A DNA stretch of 64,000 bases, from the NCBI RefSeq assembly GCF_022045235.1, contig NW_027266286.1, forward strand, positions 20,336,001-20,400,000, written 5' to 3'. The stretch is from Haliotis cracherodii (lineage: Eukaryota). Shown here one piece after another: positions 13,001 through 28,000 of this stretch (position 1 is its first letter; every line of letters begins with the position of its first letter). The notes under the pieces are model-generated. The model searched no databases. It saw only the letters and a list, made by a program, of their open reading frames with translations, and was not told the DNA's origin. The position numbers and the translations under genes were made by a program.

Positions 13001-16000
13001 TTACAGACCGCCATCATATAGCTGGAATATTGTTGAGGGCGGCGTTAAACAACAAACCAACAAATGCTTTGTGGAATGGACCCCTGAAGTGGGTTTTAGT
13101 ATGGACATGGTTAGGAGGGACAGAAATATATCAACCTGTGCATGAGGAAACTCTGCCAGAGTTCACAACTTGAAACATGCGAAGAGTTTGTCGGACATCT
13201 GGCACTGTCAGCCCATACACCAACACATGAGGTCTCTCGTCATCTATTTGATCAAGTGTCAGTTCTCTTGTAGCCAGATCTTCAACAAGGTACACGCCAT
13301 GAAGTGTAGAGAATGGATTGACAATGAACACAATAAGATGTGAAACTTGGTCCTCGCTCCAGGACACTGTCAGTTTCACAGTACGTGTTTCAGTCGTCAA
13401 GGAAAACGTGAAAGATTTACCCTGAAAGAGAAATCAAAACAGTTGACAGGTCAGCCTGACACTACTGACATACACTACTGCTTGGTATACTTGCCACTTG
13501 CAGTCTTGCCCCCTGTGCATGTACTGATAATTGATCAGTTTTGATTATTGATTAGTATCGATTGCTGATCAGTATTGATTAGTATTGACTGCTGATTGTT
13601 ATTGATCAGTATTGATTGCTGATCGGTATTGATTATTGATCAGTATTGATTATTGATTAGTATTGATTGCTGATCACTATTGATATTGATCAGTATTGAT
13701 TATTGATTAGTATTGATTGCTGATCAGTATTGATTATTGATTAGTATTGATTGCTGATCAATATTGATTATTGATTAGTAATGATTGCTGATCAGTATTG
13801 ATTATTGATTAGTACTGATTGCTGATCAGTATTGATTATAGATCAGCATTGATAATTGATTAGTACTGATTGCTAATCAATATTGATTATTGATCAGTAT
13901 TGATTATTGATTCTAATCAATTAATGCAAAAATGTCAACAGTGAGACATAATTGGATTTTCTTCAGGGCAAATCATATTTGCATGGCTTCAGATAATTTT
14001 TTAACCATTGATTATATATTCCCATGTTATGAATCACTTTGGGTATTCATAATTTTTCTTTCGGTAATCAGTATATAATATTTTCCCAGGAAACCCCTCT
14101 ATTAGGTTTTTTAAGACATTTGTTTAAGAATATGTCTGCTTAAAATGATACTTCAGTTAACTCCTTATTCGACCTGTTCATGTGCTGTGTCGAATTGTGA
14201 AGATCCGGGGTAGAATAGGTCTTCAGCAACCCATGCTTGCCATAAAAGGCGACTATGCTTGTCTTAAGAGGTGACTAACAGGATCGGTAGGTCAGGCTCG
14301 CTGACTTGGTTGATACATGTCATCGATCCCAATTGCGTTGATCGATGCTCATGATGTTAATCACTGGATTGTCTGGTCCAGACTCGATTATTTCACAGAC
14401 TGCCGTCATATAGCTGGAATATTGCTGAGTACGGCGTTAAAAAACCAAACAAACAATTCCAGGTATGTCAATTGTCACTGAGCTCACAACAGAGATATTT
14501 TATACATGTCTAACCTACAGTAGGGATGCAGTAGTGAATTAACTGTAGTGGAATTCATGTATAGACGATGCCAGCATTTGATCAGTAAAATCTGTGAACA
14601 AACACAGGTATGCAGACTAAAACACCTACACTAGGCAAGTACACACACTGCTGTTACACTGCAACTATTGTTGTTGTTTTTTAGGTGAGGTGAAATATGC
14701 ACTAGCACTCCAACACTAGCACTCCAACACTAGCACTCCAACACTCCTACACTAGCACTCCAACACTAGCACTCCAACACTCCAACACTAGCACTCCAAC
14801 ACAAGCACTCCAACGCTCCAACACTAGCACTCCAACACTAGCACTCCAACACTAGCACTCCAACACAAGCACTCCAACACAAGCACTCCAACACTAGCAC
14901 TCCAACACAAGCACTCCAACACTCCTACACTAGCACTTCAACACTAGCACTCCAACACTAGCACTCCAACACTAGCACTCCAACACTCCAACACTAGCAC
15001 TCCAACACAAGCACTCCAACACTCCAACACTAACACTCCAACACTAGCACTCCAACACTAGAACTCCAACACTAGAACTCCAACACTAGCACTGTACTTA
15101 CACTGTCCGACATGCTGAATCGCAACTCTGAGCAAGTCCCACAACCAGTGTTAGGCAGCTATTGACTTGGAGTATGTGTTTATCGGATGTAGATCCCAAA
15201 AGTGGGAGGCATACGTTGTAAATCCTATTGCCTAATGTCCAGTTCCCAATCCAAGTGTCATGTGTTAACAATGTTGGATTATTGGGTTAGCAGATATTTT
15301 TGTCTTTCCTCGTAACGTATGTTGATTTCCTAGATGTTTATTAATAGCTCCAGCTTAAACAGAAAGTAGAAAATTGATCAGCTTCAAAAGCGTCACTCTA
15401 GCTATTAATGTCAGTTGACATAGAGGTAATAACTATCTGGCAATAAAGGCTACTGAAACAGACTCTCAGTTCTGTCAATGTCTGTCCAATTTGGTGCCCA
15501 AAAAAATTTTATGAAAAAGGTTTAGGGAGTTTGCTTACACTACAGTAATGAAAAGTGTAAATATGAAAAATCAGAAAAGTGCTTTAAAAAAAGCATATGA
15601 CTGATATTGCCACCACTAAAATATTAAAAAGTTATTTTTTGAATATTATTTTTTACCTTTTGATTATTTTTCGGCGCTACTTTAAGCTCACAGTAAATGT
15701 GACTCCTATTCCATCTGTCTCCTAATGCATTATGATAAATGTTTAATCCATTGCTGCAGTGTAATATCAATAAAGGATTGTACACTGTGCAGACATTGTG
15801 TCATTTCCAGGTAAGCATGTTGATTTCCTAGAAGTCTAGAAATAGTTCAGCACAAAGCAAATTGAAAGTGAAAGTAACATTTGATTAAGAAAGAGCTGAT
15901 CAACATGATCAAGGTATGTTGATATGGAGGTTGTTGATTGTGTTATCTGGCTGCAGCAGCAACTGTAAAACAGGCACATGATACTGCTTCAGTGCAAATC

Positions 16001-19000
16001 TTTTTTTTTAAATATTTACAGATTTTTCCAACCCTACAGTAATGAAATTTGGAAAAAAAGTAAAACCTGAAAAGTTCTATTTTAAGCTTACTTTGATATC
16101 ATGGTCATGTCACTGTGAAAGCCATTTTGAAAATGTCAAATGTCATTTTTTTCAATACCTCAGACACTTTGCATGTGTCACTATTTAATTTGATATGCAG
16201 TATGTGATATGCATAAAAACATTTTTTAAATAAATTGTAAGCATGGTAAGTGATCAGTATTGATTATTGATTAGTATTGATTGCTGATCAGTATTGATTA
16301 TTGATCAGTATTGATTATTGATTGCTGATCAGTATTGATTATTGATTAGTATTGATTGCTGATCAGTATTGATTATTGAATAGTACTGATTGCTGATCAA
16401 TATTGATTATTGATCAGTATTGATTATTGATTCTTATCAATTAATGCAAAAATGTCAACAGTGAGACATAATTGGATTTTCTTCAGGGCAAATCATATTT
16501 GCATGGCTTCAGATAATTTTTTAACCATTGATTATATACTCCCATGTTATCAATCACTTTGGGTATTTATAGTTTTCTTTCGGTAATCAATATATAATTT
16601 TTTCCCAGAAAACCCCTCTATTAGGTTTTTTAAGACATTTGTTTTAGAATATGTCTGCTTAAAATGATACTTTAGTTAACTCCTAATTCGCACCTGTTCA
16701 TGTGGTGTGTCGAATTATGAAGATCCGGGGTAGAATAGGTCTTCAGCAACCCATGCTTGCCGTAAAAGGCGACTATGCTTGTCTTAAGAGATGACTAACA
16801 GGATCGGTAGGTCAGGCTCGCTGACTTGGTTGATACATGTCATCGATCCCAATTGCGTTGATCGATGCTCATGATGTTAATCACTGGATTGTCTGGTCCA
16901 GACTCGATTATTTCACAGACTGCCGTCATATAGCTGGAATATTGCTGAGTACGGCGTTAAAAAACAAACAAACAAATCCAGGTGTGTCACTTGTCACTGA
17001 GCTCACAACATAGATATTTTATACATGTCTAACCTACAGTAGGCATGCAGTAGTGAATTAACTGTAGTGGAATTCATGTATAGACGATGCCAGCATTTGA
17101 TCAGTAAAATCTGTGAACAAACACAGGTATGCAGACTAAAACACCTACACTAGGCAAGTACACACACTGCTGTTACACTGCAACTATTGTTGTTGTTTTT
17201 TAGGTGAGGTGAAATATGATTTGACAAAGATCATTGCAATTCTATAGTGATGTGCATGCATGTGTGTCTGTGTGTGGCTGCTTGTATTCGTCCAGACCAA
17301 TGCCGATTTTACCAAGTGCGGTGTTAATATGTCCGGTTCTGGGACGCAAACCCATTGACCATTGTCTCCTACTCTGATGACAGGATAATTCAAGGTTAAA
17401 AGTGGTCCCCTGGTGGGTTCCGGTATTTGCTTGAATATTCTGATTTAAAAAAATGTATTCTTGCTCATAAAAATATGAGATACAATATTTCTATTATTGT
17501 TTTTAAAATGAAATAAATATGAAATTATTTTTAGAAATACCTTGCATATAGAAAATAGAATATGTTAAACAAATGTCCCACATCTGAGATCAAGTGCTCT
17601 AGCACTCTAAAACTAGCGCTCCAACACTAGCAGTCCAACACTAGAACTCCAACACTAGTGCTCTAACACTAGTGCTCCAACACTAGTACTCCAACACAAG
17701 AACTCCAACACTAGCACTCCAACTCCAACAGTAGCACTCCAACACTAGCACTCCAACACATGCACTCCAACACTAGAACTCCAACACTAGCACTGTACTT
17801 ACACTGTCCGACATGCTGAATCGCAACTCTGAGCAAGTCCCACAACCAGTGTTAGGCAGCTATTGACTTGGAGTATGTGTTTATCGGATGTAGATCCCAA
17901 AAGTGGGAGACATACGTTGTAAATCCTTTTGCCTAATGTCTAGTTCCCAATCCAAAGTCAAGTGTCATGTATTAACAACATTGGATCATTCAGTAAGCAG
18001 CTACTTTTGTCTTTCCTCGTAACGTATGTCCATTTCCTAGATGTATATAAATAGCTCCAGCTCAAACAGAAAGTAGAAAATTGATCAGCTTCAAAAGCAT
18101 TACTCTAGCTATCATTGTCAGTTGACATAGAGGTAATAACGTTCTGGCAATAAAGGCTACTGAAACAGACACTCAGTTCTGTCAATGTCTGTCCAATTTG
18201 GTGCCCAAAAATTTTTTTATGAAAAAGGTTTAGGGAGTTTGCTTTCACTACAGTAATGAAAAGTGTAAATATGAAATATCAGAAAAGTGCTTAAAAAAGC
18301 ATATGACTGATATTGCCACCACTAAAATATTAAAAATTATTTTTTGAATATTATTTTTTACCTTTTGATTATTTTTCGGCGCTACTTTAAGCTCACAGTA
18401 AATGTGACTCCTATTCCATCTGTCTCCTAATGCATTATGATAAATGTTTAATCCATTGCTGCAGTGTAATATCAATAAAGGATTGTACACTGTGCAGACA
18501 TTGTGTCATTTCCAGGTAAGCATGTTGATTTCCTAGAAGTCTAGAAATAGTTCAGCACAAAGCAAATTGAAAGTGAAAGTAACATTTGATTAAGAAAGAG
18601 CTGATCAAGGTATGTTGATATGGAGGTGGTTGATTGTGTTATCTGGCTGCAGCAGCAACTGTAAAACAGGCACATGATACTGCTTCAGTGCAAATCTTTT
18701 TTTTTAAATATTTACAGATTTTTCCAACACTACAGTAATGAAATTTGGAAAAAAAGTAAAACCTGAAAAGTTCTATTTTAAGCTTACTTTGATATCATGG
18801 TCATGTCACCGTGAAAGCCATTTTGAAAATGTCAAATGTCATTTTTTTCAATACCTCAGACACTTTGCATGTGTCACTATTTAATTTGATATGCAGTATG
18901 TGATATGCATAAAAACATTTTTTAAATAAATTGTAAGCATGGTAAGTGATCAGTATTGATTATTGATTAGTATTGATTGCTGACCATATTGATTATTGAT

Positions 19001-22000
19001 TGCTGATCAGTATTGATTATTGATTAGTATTGATTGCTGATCAGTATTGATTATTGAATAGTACTGATTGCTGATCAATATTGATTATTGATCAGTATTG
19101 ATTATTGATTCTTATCAATTAATGCAAAAATGTCAACAGTGAGACATAATTGGATTTTCTTCAGGGCAAATCATATTTGCATGGCTTCAGATAATTTTTT
19201 AACCATTGATTATATATTCCCATGTTATCAATCACTTTGGGTATTCATAATTTTTCTTTCGGTAATCAATATATAATTTTTTCCCAGAAAACCCCTCTAT
19301 TAGGTTTTTTAAGACATTTGTTTTAGAATATGTCTGCTTAAAATGATACTTCAGTTAACTCCTAATTCGCACCTGTTCATGTGCTGTGTCGAATTGTGAA
19401 GATCCGGGGTAGAATAGGTCTTCAGCAACCCATGCTTGCCGTAAAAGGTGACTATGCTTGTCTTAAGAGATGACTAACAGGATCGGTAGGTCAGGCTCGC
19501 TGACTTGGTTGATACATGTCATCGATCCCAATTGCGTTGATCGATGCTCATGATGTTAATCACTGGATTGTCTGGTCCAGACTCGATTATTTCACAGACT
19601 GCCGTCATATAGCTGGAATATTGCTGAGTACAGTGTTAAAAAACAAACAAACAAATCCAGGTGTGTCACTTGTCACTGAGCTCACAACATAGATATTTTA
19701 TACATGTCTAACCTACAGTAGGGATGCAGTAGTGAATTAACTGTAGTGGAATTCATGTATAGACGATGCCAGCATTTGATCAGTAAAATCTGTGAACAAA
19801 CACAGGTATGCAGACTAAAACACCTACACTAGGCAAGTACACACACTGCTGTTACACTGCAACTATTGTTGTTGTTTTTTAGGTGAGGTGAAATATGATT
19901 TGACAAAGATCATGGCAATTCTATAGTGATGTGCATGCATGTGTGTCTGTGTGTGGCTGCTTGTATTCGTCCAGACCAATGCCGATTTTACCAAGTGCGG
20001 TGTTAATATGTCCGGTTCTGGGACGCAAACCCATTGACCATTGTCTCCTACTCTGATGACAGGATAATTCAAGGTTAAAAGTGGTCCCCTGGTGGGTTCC
20101 GGTATTTGCTTGAATATTCTGATTTAAAAAAATGTATTCTTGCTCATAAAAATATGAGATACAATATTTCTTTTATTGTTTTTAAAATGAAATAAATATG
20201 AAATTATTTTTAGAAATACCTTGCATATAGAAAATAGAATATGTTAAACAAATGTCCCACATCTGAGATCAAGTGCTCTAGCACTCTAAAACTAGCGCTC
20301 CAACACTAGCACTCCAACACTAGTGCTCTAACACTAGCGCTCCAACACTAGTACTCCAACACAAGAACTCCAACACTAGCACTCCAACTCCAACAGTAGC
20401 ACTCCAACACTAGCACTCCAACACTAGCACTCCAACACATGCACTCCAACACTAGCACTGTACTTACACTGTCCGACATGCTGAATCTCAACTCTGAGCA
20501 AGTCCCACAACCAGTGTTAGGCAGCCATAGACATGGAGTATGTGTTTATCGGATGTAGATCCCAAAAGTGGGAGACATACGTTGTAAATCCTTTTGCCTA
20601 ATGTCTAGTTCCCAATCCAAAGTCAAGTGTCATGTATTAACAACATTGGATCATTCAGTAAGCAGCTACTTTTGTCTTTCCTCGTAACGTATGTCCATTT
20701 CCTAGATGTATATTAATAGCTCCAGCTCAAACAGAAAGTGCTTAAAAAAGCATATGACTGATATTGCCACCACTAAAATATTAAAAATTATTTTTTGAAT
20801 ATTATTTTTTACCTTTTGATTATTTTTCGGCACTACTTTAAGCCCACAGTAAATGTGACTCCTATTCCGTCTGTCTCCTAATGCATTATGATAAATGTTT
20901 AATCCATTGCTGCAGTGTAATATCAATAAAGGATTGTACACTGTGCAGACATTGTGTCATTTCCAGGTAAGCATGTTGATTTCCTAGAAGTCTAGAAATA
21001 GTTCAGCACAAAGCAAATTGAAAGTGAAAGTAACATTTGATTAAGAAAGAGCTGATCAAGGTATGTTGATATGGAGGTGGTTGATTGTGTTATCTGGCTG
21101 CAGCAGCAACTGAAACACAGGCACATGATACTGCTTCAGTGCAAATCTTTTTTAAATATTTACAGATTTTTCCAACACTACAGTAATGAAATTTGGAAAA
21201 AAGTAAAACCTGAAAAGTTCTATTTTAAGCTTACTTTGATATCATGGTCATGTCACTGTGAAAGCCATTTTGAAAATGTCAAATGTCATTTTTTTCAATA
21301 CCTCAGACACTTTGCATGTGTCACTATTTAATTTGATATGCAGTATGTGATATGCATAAAAACATTTTTTAAATAAATTGTAAGCATGGTAAGTGATCAG
21401 TATTGATTATTGATTAGTACTGATTGCTGATCAGTATTGATTATTGATCAGTATTGATTATTGATTGCTGATCAGTATTGATTATTGATTAGTATTGATT
21501 GCTGATCAGCATTGATAATTGATTAGTACTGATTGCTGATCAATATTGATTATTGATCAGTATTGATTATTGATTCGTATCAATTAATGCAAAAATGTCA
21601 ACAGTGAGACAGAATTGGATTTTCTTCAGGGCAAATCATATTTGCATGGCTTCAGATAATTGGCATTTTATATATAATTATGATTAGGCCACGCCCACTA
21701 ATGGACTACTCTTTCCTGATTGGCTGATAAAAGAATGGGCAGGGCTTGTTAAATAAGCACTCTGTGAAGATATTGTTGACATATTCACAGTCAAACACTG
21801 TTGTGTCAAACTTTGATATGTCAAACTTACAAATGTCTCGAAGTAAGCTTGGTCCCTGCGTACTCCTTTATTAATCATTATTTAACCTCCGATGTGTCAA
21901 ATCTGATGTGACAAAGTTGTCTCGATTATATTTTCCAGTCCCAAACATGTTCAGTAAACTACGGTTATAACAAACTCAAAGGGACCACTAATTTTTGTTC

Positions 22001-25000
22001 GTTATATCCGTCATTGGTTATATGCATTTTGACCATCAGACATCTTTTATCCAGTCGTGTCTCATCATTTTACTCAATTGTTTATTGGGGGCGGTCGGGT
22101 AGCCTAGTGCTTAAAGCGTTCACTCGTCATGCCGAAAACCCGGGTTTGATTCCTGACATGGGTGCCATGTGTAAAGCCCATTTCTGGTGTCCACCGCCAT
22201 AATATTGCTGGAATATTGCTAAAAGCGGCTTAAAACCATACTCACACACTCACTAATTTATATGTTATAATATATGGCAAATGGACGGGACCAAAACAAC
22301 ATTTTATCATATAATGGATAGGTTTCTCGGCAGGATAAAGCCAACGGATAAAAATTATATCCGTTGGGGTAATATGCGGATAGAGATGCAAATATCAAAG
22401 GTCAAGTAGGACTACTTTCACTGTTTATAAACAAGCATGGCGTCGCCCTCGTCATTCGGCGATCGAGTCAGAATTAACCATCGGTAATCTGGATAAACTA
22501 AAGGGATAATTGCTATCATTATCAAAAGAACAGTCTAATATACTGGAAATCAGTGTCTAACTGTGACGTAGCTAAGGCATTTTATAAGTTTTGGCAACTT
22601 TGGACATATAAATTTCGAAACAATTTTGCGAGGGCACGAGGCCTAGCCAAGCGGGATCAGTAGCCATATCTGGGCTTGTAGACCTCTGCGGCTTGAAACC
22701 TTCCCCACAAATAAAAATAGTTGGATTTGGCCGAAATATGTTTGAATCGTTACCTTTGTTTCGTTTTGTCATTGTGTGTACATCTGACTACACTTCTTAA
22801 CGTTATGACAGGACAGACCGACTGTCAACAACGTCTGACCGTGGCCGTGACGTCTCATAGACTAGGGTTAGAGTAGCTTCCCTTTGACAAAGGGCAGTTA
22901 CTCTACTGGACAGACTGATGGATTGCTGCGAAAGACAATTAAAAACAACTGTTGTTTTGCGAATATGTTGCTTCGCCACTGTATAAGAAACAGATTTCAG
23001 TTGGAACTATATTGGCTACTGTCACTGTCACACCACTTACCCTGTGACGTAATAAATATTAATGTGCGCATTCCAGGAAAACTTGCAATATTTCGGTAAT
23101 GTTTGTGAGAGAGGGAAAGCGATTTTAAAGCACAGAATTAAAGAATGACATTATATGATAAAGAGGTTATCACGCTTGTGTGTTTGGGGATGGTAAATAT
23201 CCTGTATTAGGAATAAACACTATGTATTTAGCTCGCCAAGGCTCGCTAAATACAATGTTTATTCCTAATGCAGGATATTTACCATCCCCAAACACACTCG
23301 CGTGATAACCTCTATTTATCCGTCAGTTCGTTATAAGCATAGTTTACTGTACTTCCATCATCACTATACTCTTTTAAGACGATCTCGGCATGACTCATCG
23401 GTCATCACAGTTCTATTAACAACTCTTTATAAGACGGACCGCCTCCGTGGTCAAGTGGTAGAGCGTCGCCCCGGAAAGCAGAAGGTCAGGGGTTCGATCC
23501 CCGGCCGCATCATACCAAAAGACATTAAAAGATGGTACTTGTTGTTTTCCTGTCTGGCGCTCGGCATTAAGGGGCTGAAACAAGGACTGGTCCGCTCGGA
23601 GTCAGTATACTCTGTCTGAGTAGGGTATTCATGTTAAACTGCGGCATGGTATCTCAGTGAGCTAGCACTATAAATCGGCATCAGTTCGGCCTGGTACAAA
23701 CAGCCACACAAACACACACACGTACTTGCACGTCGCGATATAAGTGCAATAATCTTAGACGCGACGTTAAACCCCATTTCACCTCACCTCACCTTTAAAA
23801 GACGGAAATCTCCACTGCCTTGAGTTCAGTGTGTCAAAGGCTTATTGTCTTGTAGTTACACCCAGTGACACCTAATTTCAAGGAAACATTTCACGGATGT
23901 GTCAATCAGAGACTATCATATCATTTGATCAACACCAAGGACACAAGTGAACAGAGTCATGTGGTTGTCACGTGTTCATCTTGTGATTACAAGTTGTGGA
24001 ATGTGTAAACATGGTTAAATAAGTCAGCAACGATTATAGGCAGGGTTTAGTGATAACCCTGTTTTCTTGTCCATCCATGGATGTCTTCAGATTTAAACTA
24101 GGGAGCCCTTTTGGTTCATGTCATGAAAAGGTCAAAAGTCAAGGTCACAAGACGGAAAAACTCACAAAAGTGTTTGTGGTTACACTTTCTCGAAAACTAG
24201 AGGTATTTGTGGTACTGAGATAGATATAAAAATGAGATCAATGTCATATACAATTTGGGTTGCGGGTAGCCTAGTGGTAAAAGCATTCGCTTGTCACGCC
24301 GAAGACCGGGGTTCGATTCCCCACATGGGTACAATGTGTGAAGCCCATTTCTGGTGTCCCCCACCGTGATATTGCCGTGCCTCACACTCGAATGCATTCG
24401 CTCTCATCTCGGGGAGCTGACAAGTGTTGGCGATCCAACACCCCTTTTCGGTATTAGGGAGCTGACACGCTTTTCCGATCTTAGAAACTGACAGGCTTTC
24501 CAATCCAACATTCCTTTTCGATCCTTAGGGTTAGTCTGGATAGCGCTAGGGTTAGCTGTAAATTATTACTTTTTACAGTGTTTCCAATAACCCAATGCGG
24601 GTAATCCTATTAGAGTATAGTCTGTAATAACACGTTTTGTCGCTCGATTGGTTACTCATTTTGATAGACAATGGCAGGAGTGGCTTCTTCAAGAAGATGA
24701 ATGGAGAGGGTGTGATGTCAGTAACACACGTCCGAAGTTCACTGTGTATGATGGCACTCTTGGTCCAGTGGTAGAGCCTTGGGTAATTAATGCACTAATT
24801 AGTCAAGCCGGCTCAACGCGTTCAAGCCCCCACAGCACTAATTGGATCTGTGGAAAGTGCACCCAGTTAAGTGCACTACTCCCCAAAATTAGTCTTCAGC
24901 AACCCATGCTTGTCTTAAGAGGCAACTATGCTTGTCGTAAGAGTAACAGGATCAGGTGGTCAGGTTCTCTGCACTGGATGATGATGCATGTCATTGATCC

Positions 25001-28000
25001 CAATTGCGTAGATCGAGGCTCATGATGTTAATATAGTTGGTCATATAGTTAGTATATTGCTAAGTATGGCGTTAAACAACAAATAAAACAAAAGTTATTT
25101 CATTTATTCTAATTTAAAACAATGATGTGTTGAAAGGTTGCTGTGTAATGTATGATTTTCCTATTCTCATTCATCATGAATCATCAATTAATTATTGATT
25201 ACAAGCCAATGAATTCCCAATACCAATAGACACCAAGTGATAGAGCAAAAAGAATCTTTCTAAATAATTTGCTGTCTAGAGTTACTTCCCCTAAGCGTGC
25301 CAGGAACCTTTGATCACAAGTTTCGCTTAATATGAACATTGGTAAATGTCTAGGACCAGTATCACTTTCCTCCCCTGCTCAGCTGAAATGATGTGATGTA
25401 ACTGAAATACTCACTCACTCTGTCAGATGTCCTGATGATTGCAGGACAAATAGGACCCAGTTGTCCTGCTTCTAGTAAGGGCCCTCTTAATAAGAGATCA
25501 GGTGGCTGCTTGTCAAAGTACCCAGACTTGATTATTTCCTGTCCGGGTCTGGAATAGTGTGCACAGAGGCATTAAACAACATTCACTCACTCACTCACTC
25601 ATTGTGACATAACTTCTGGTTGCAGGTCCACGACTTGGGTCATCACCAGTACGGAGCATCGTCCAATGCCTGGCCAGGAAGGAAGACACAGACGAGTTCT
25701 ACACCATCAAGGTTAGGGTCAGATCTTGTGCTGTGTCACCGATAGAAGTAGCCGTAAACATCTAAGGCAACATTCTTGTGCTGTGTCACCAATAGAAGTA
25801 ACCGTAAACATGTAAGGCAACGTTCTTGTGCTTTGTTACTGATAGAAGTAACTGTAAACATGTAAGGCAACGTTCTTGTGCTGTGTCAGTGATAGAAGTA
25901 ACTGTAAACATGTAAGGCAACATTCTTGTGCTGTGTCAGCCATAGAAGTAACCGTAAACATGTAAGACAACGTTCTTGTGCTGTGTCACCGATAGAAGTA
26001 ACTGTAAACATGTAAGACAACGCTCCTGTGCTGTGTCACCGATAGAAGTAACTGTAAACATGTAAGGCAACGTTCTTGTGCTGTGTCACCGATAGAAGTA
26101 ACCGTAAACATGTAAGACAACGTTCTTGTGCTGTGTCAGCGATAGAAGTAACTGTAAACATGTAAGGCAACATTCTTGTGCTGTGTCAGCGATAGAAGTA
26201 ACTGTAAACATGTAAGACAATGTTCTTGTGCTGTGTCACCGATAGAAGTCACCGTAAACATGTAAGGCAACATTCTTGTGCTGTGTCACCGATAGAAGTC
26301 ACCGTAAACATGTAAGGCAACGTTCTTGTGCTGTGTCACCGATAGAAGTAACTGTAAACATGTAAGGCAACGTTCTTGTGCTGTGTCACCGATAGAAGTA
26401 ACTGTAAACATGTAAGGCACCGTTCTTGTGCTGTGTCAGCCATAGAAGTAACTGTAAACATCTAAGACAACATTCTTGTGCTGTGTCAGTGATAGAAGTA
26501 ACTGTAAACATGTAAGACAACGTTCTTGTGCTGTGTCACCGATAGAAGTAACCGTAAACATGTAAGGCAACGTTCTTGTGCTGTGTCACCGATAGAAGTC
26601 ACCGTAAACATGTAAGGCACCGTTCTTGTGCTGTGTCAGTGATAGAAGTAACTGTAAACATCTAAGACAACATTCTTGTGCTGTGTCAGTGATAGAAGTA
26701 ACTGTAAACATGTAAGACAACGTTCTTGTGCTGTGTCACCGATAGAAGTAACTGTAAACATGTAAGGCAACGTTCTTGTGCTGTGTCACCGATAGAAGTA
26801 ACTGTAAACATGTAAGGCAACATTCTTGTGCTGTGTCACCGATAGAAGTAACCGTAAACATGTAAGGCAACATTCTTGTGCTGTGTCAGCGATAGAAGTC
26901 ACTGTAAACATCTAAGGCAACGTTCTTGTGCATGTTGGCTAGTGCTCTCCTAAGGCCATGATGGCCTTGTACAACAAACATTGATAATGTGATGTATAAT
27001 ATGTTGAGAAACACTAGGAGGAACATGCCTCACAATGCATCCTCTGAAGGGCAGTTGGGGGACCAAGTGTTTGCTTGTCACGACGAAGGTCCATGTTCAA
27101 TTCCCAACATGCCTACAATGTGAAGCCCATTTATAGTGTCCCCTGCCATGACATTGCTAGAATATTGTTAAAAGCAGCCCAAGACCCAACTAACTCACTG
27201 AAGGCAAACCTTTTTGGAACTGTATAACCACAAGACTTTTATTTTCTGTCAGTTTAAAGGGAAAATATGTTCCATTGTATTGTTCCCATTTCTAGTCTCG
27301 ATATGGATGCTGTGATTAGTGCCATGTTTGAATTGTAGCCATTTGATAACTGTAAGTAAGATAATATATATCTGTTCAAGTGATGTGCATCATGAAATTT
27401 AGGTGATGAACTATTAACATTTGAACACTTAAATCAAACATGCTAGGATTGCCAATAACCCTACAGCCTAGTTGAGCTTTAGTCATGCTGATGGTGCTTA
27501 CACTTTTGTATTTTTGTGTTTGTGATATAGTTTGTGTTTTCCAGATCCTGACAATGGAGGACCCTGAGAAGGAGAGCCAGGACGACCGCCAGGGAAAGAT
27601 GTTGATGCACACGGAGTACTCGCTGTTGTCCCTGCTGCACCAGCAAGATGGCGTTGTCCACCACCACGGGCTCTTCAAGGTGCTCACTCCAGCCTCACCC
27701 TGTCTACTGTACTGCCTGACCCTGTCTACTGTACTGCTTCACCCTGTCTACTGTACTGCCTCACCCTGTCTACTGTACTGCCTGACCCTGTCTTCACTCC
27801 TGCCTTACCCTGTCTACTGTACTGCTTCACCCTGTCTACTGTACTGCCTGACCCTGTCTTCACTCCTGCCTTACCCTGTCTACTGTACTGTTTCACCCTG
27901 TCTACTGTACTGTCTCACCCCGTCTACACTCCTGCCTCACCCCGTCTACACTCCTGCCTCACCCTGTCTACACTCCTGTCTCACCCTGTCTACTGTACTG

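Larger units (their letters stand above)
13540..21660. repeat. Tandem segmental duplication, 3 full units of about 2.5-2.7 kb plus a partial 4th
   Basis: Anchor ttaatgcaaaaatgtcaacagtgagac recurs at about 13921, 16441, 19119 and 21584. Units are near-identical, and each carries the same SINE copy and both minisatellites. Confidence 0.95.

Noticed and set aside
22754-22772. Alternative first exon ATGACAAAACGAAACAAAG|gtaacg for the nested gene
   Set aside because: Phase 1 does not join exon 13421 (phase 0), and it lies inside nested TE sequence. It might be a UTR exon, but that is unsupported.
25724-26931. Regularly spaced repeats resembling a CRISPR array (also 61735-62400 and 29345-29810)
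   Set aside because: Units are head-to-tail with no unique spacers, there are no cas genes, and the context is eukaryotic.
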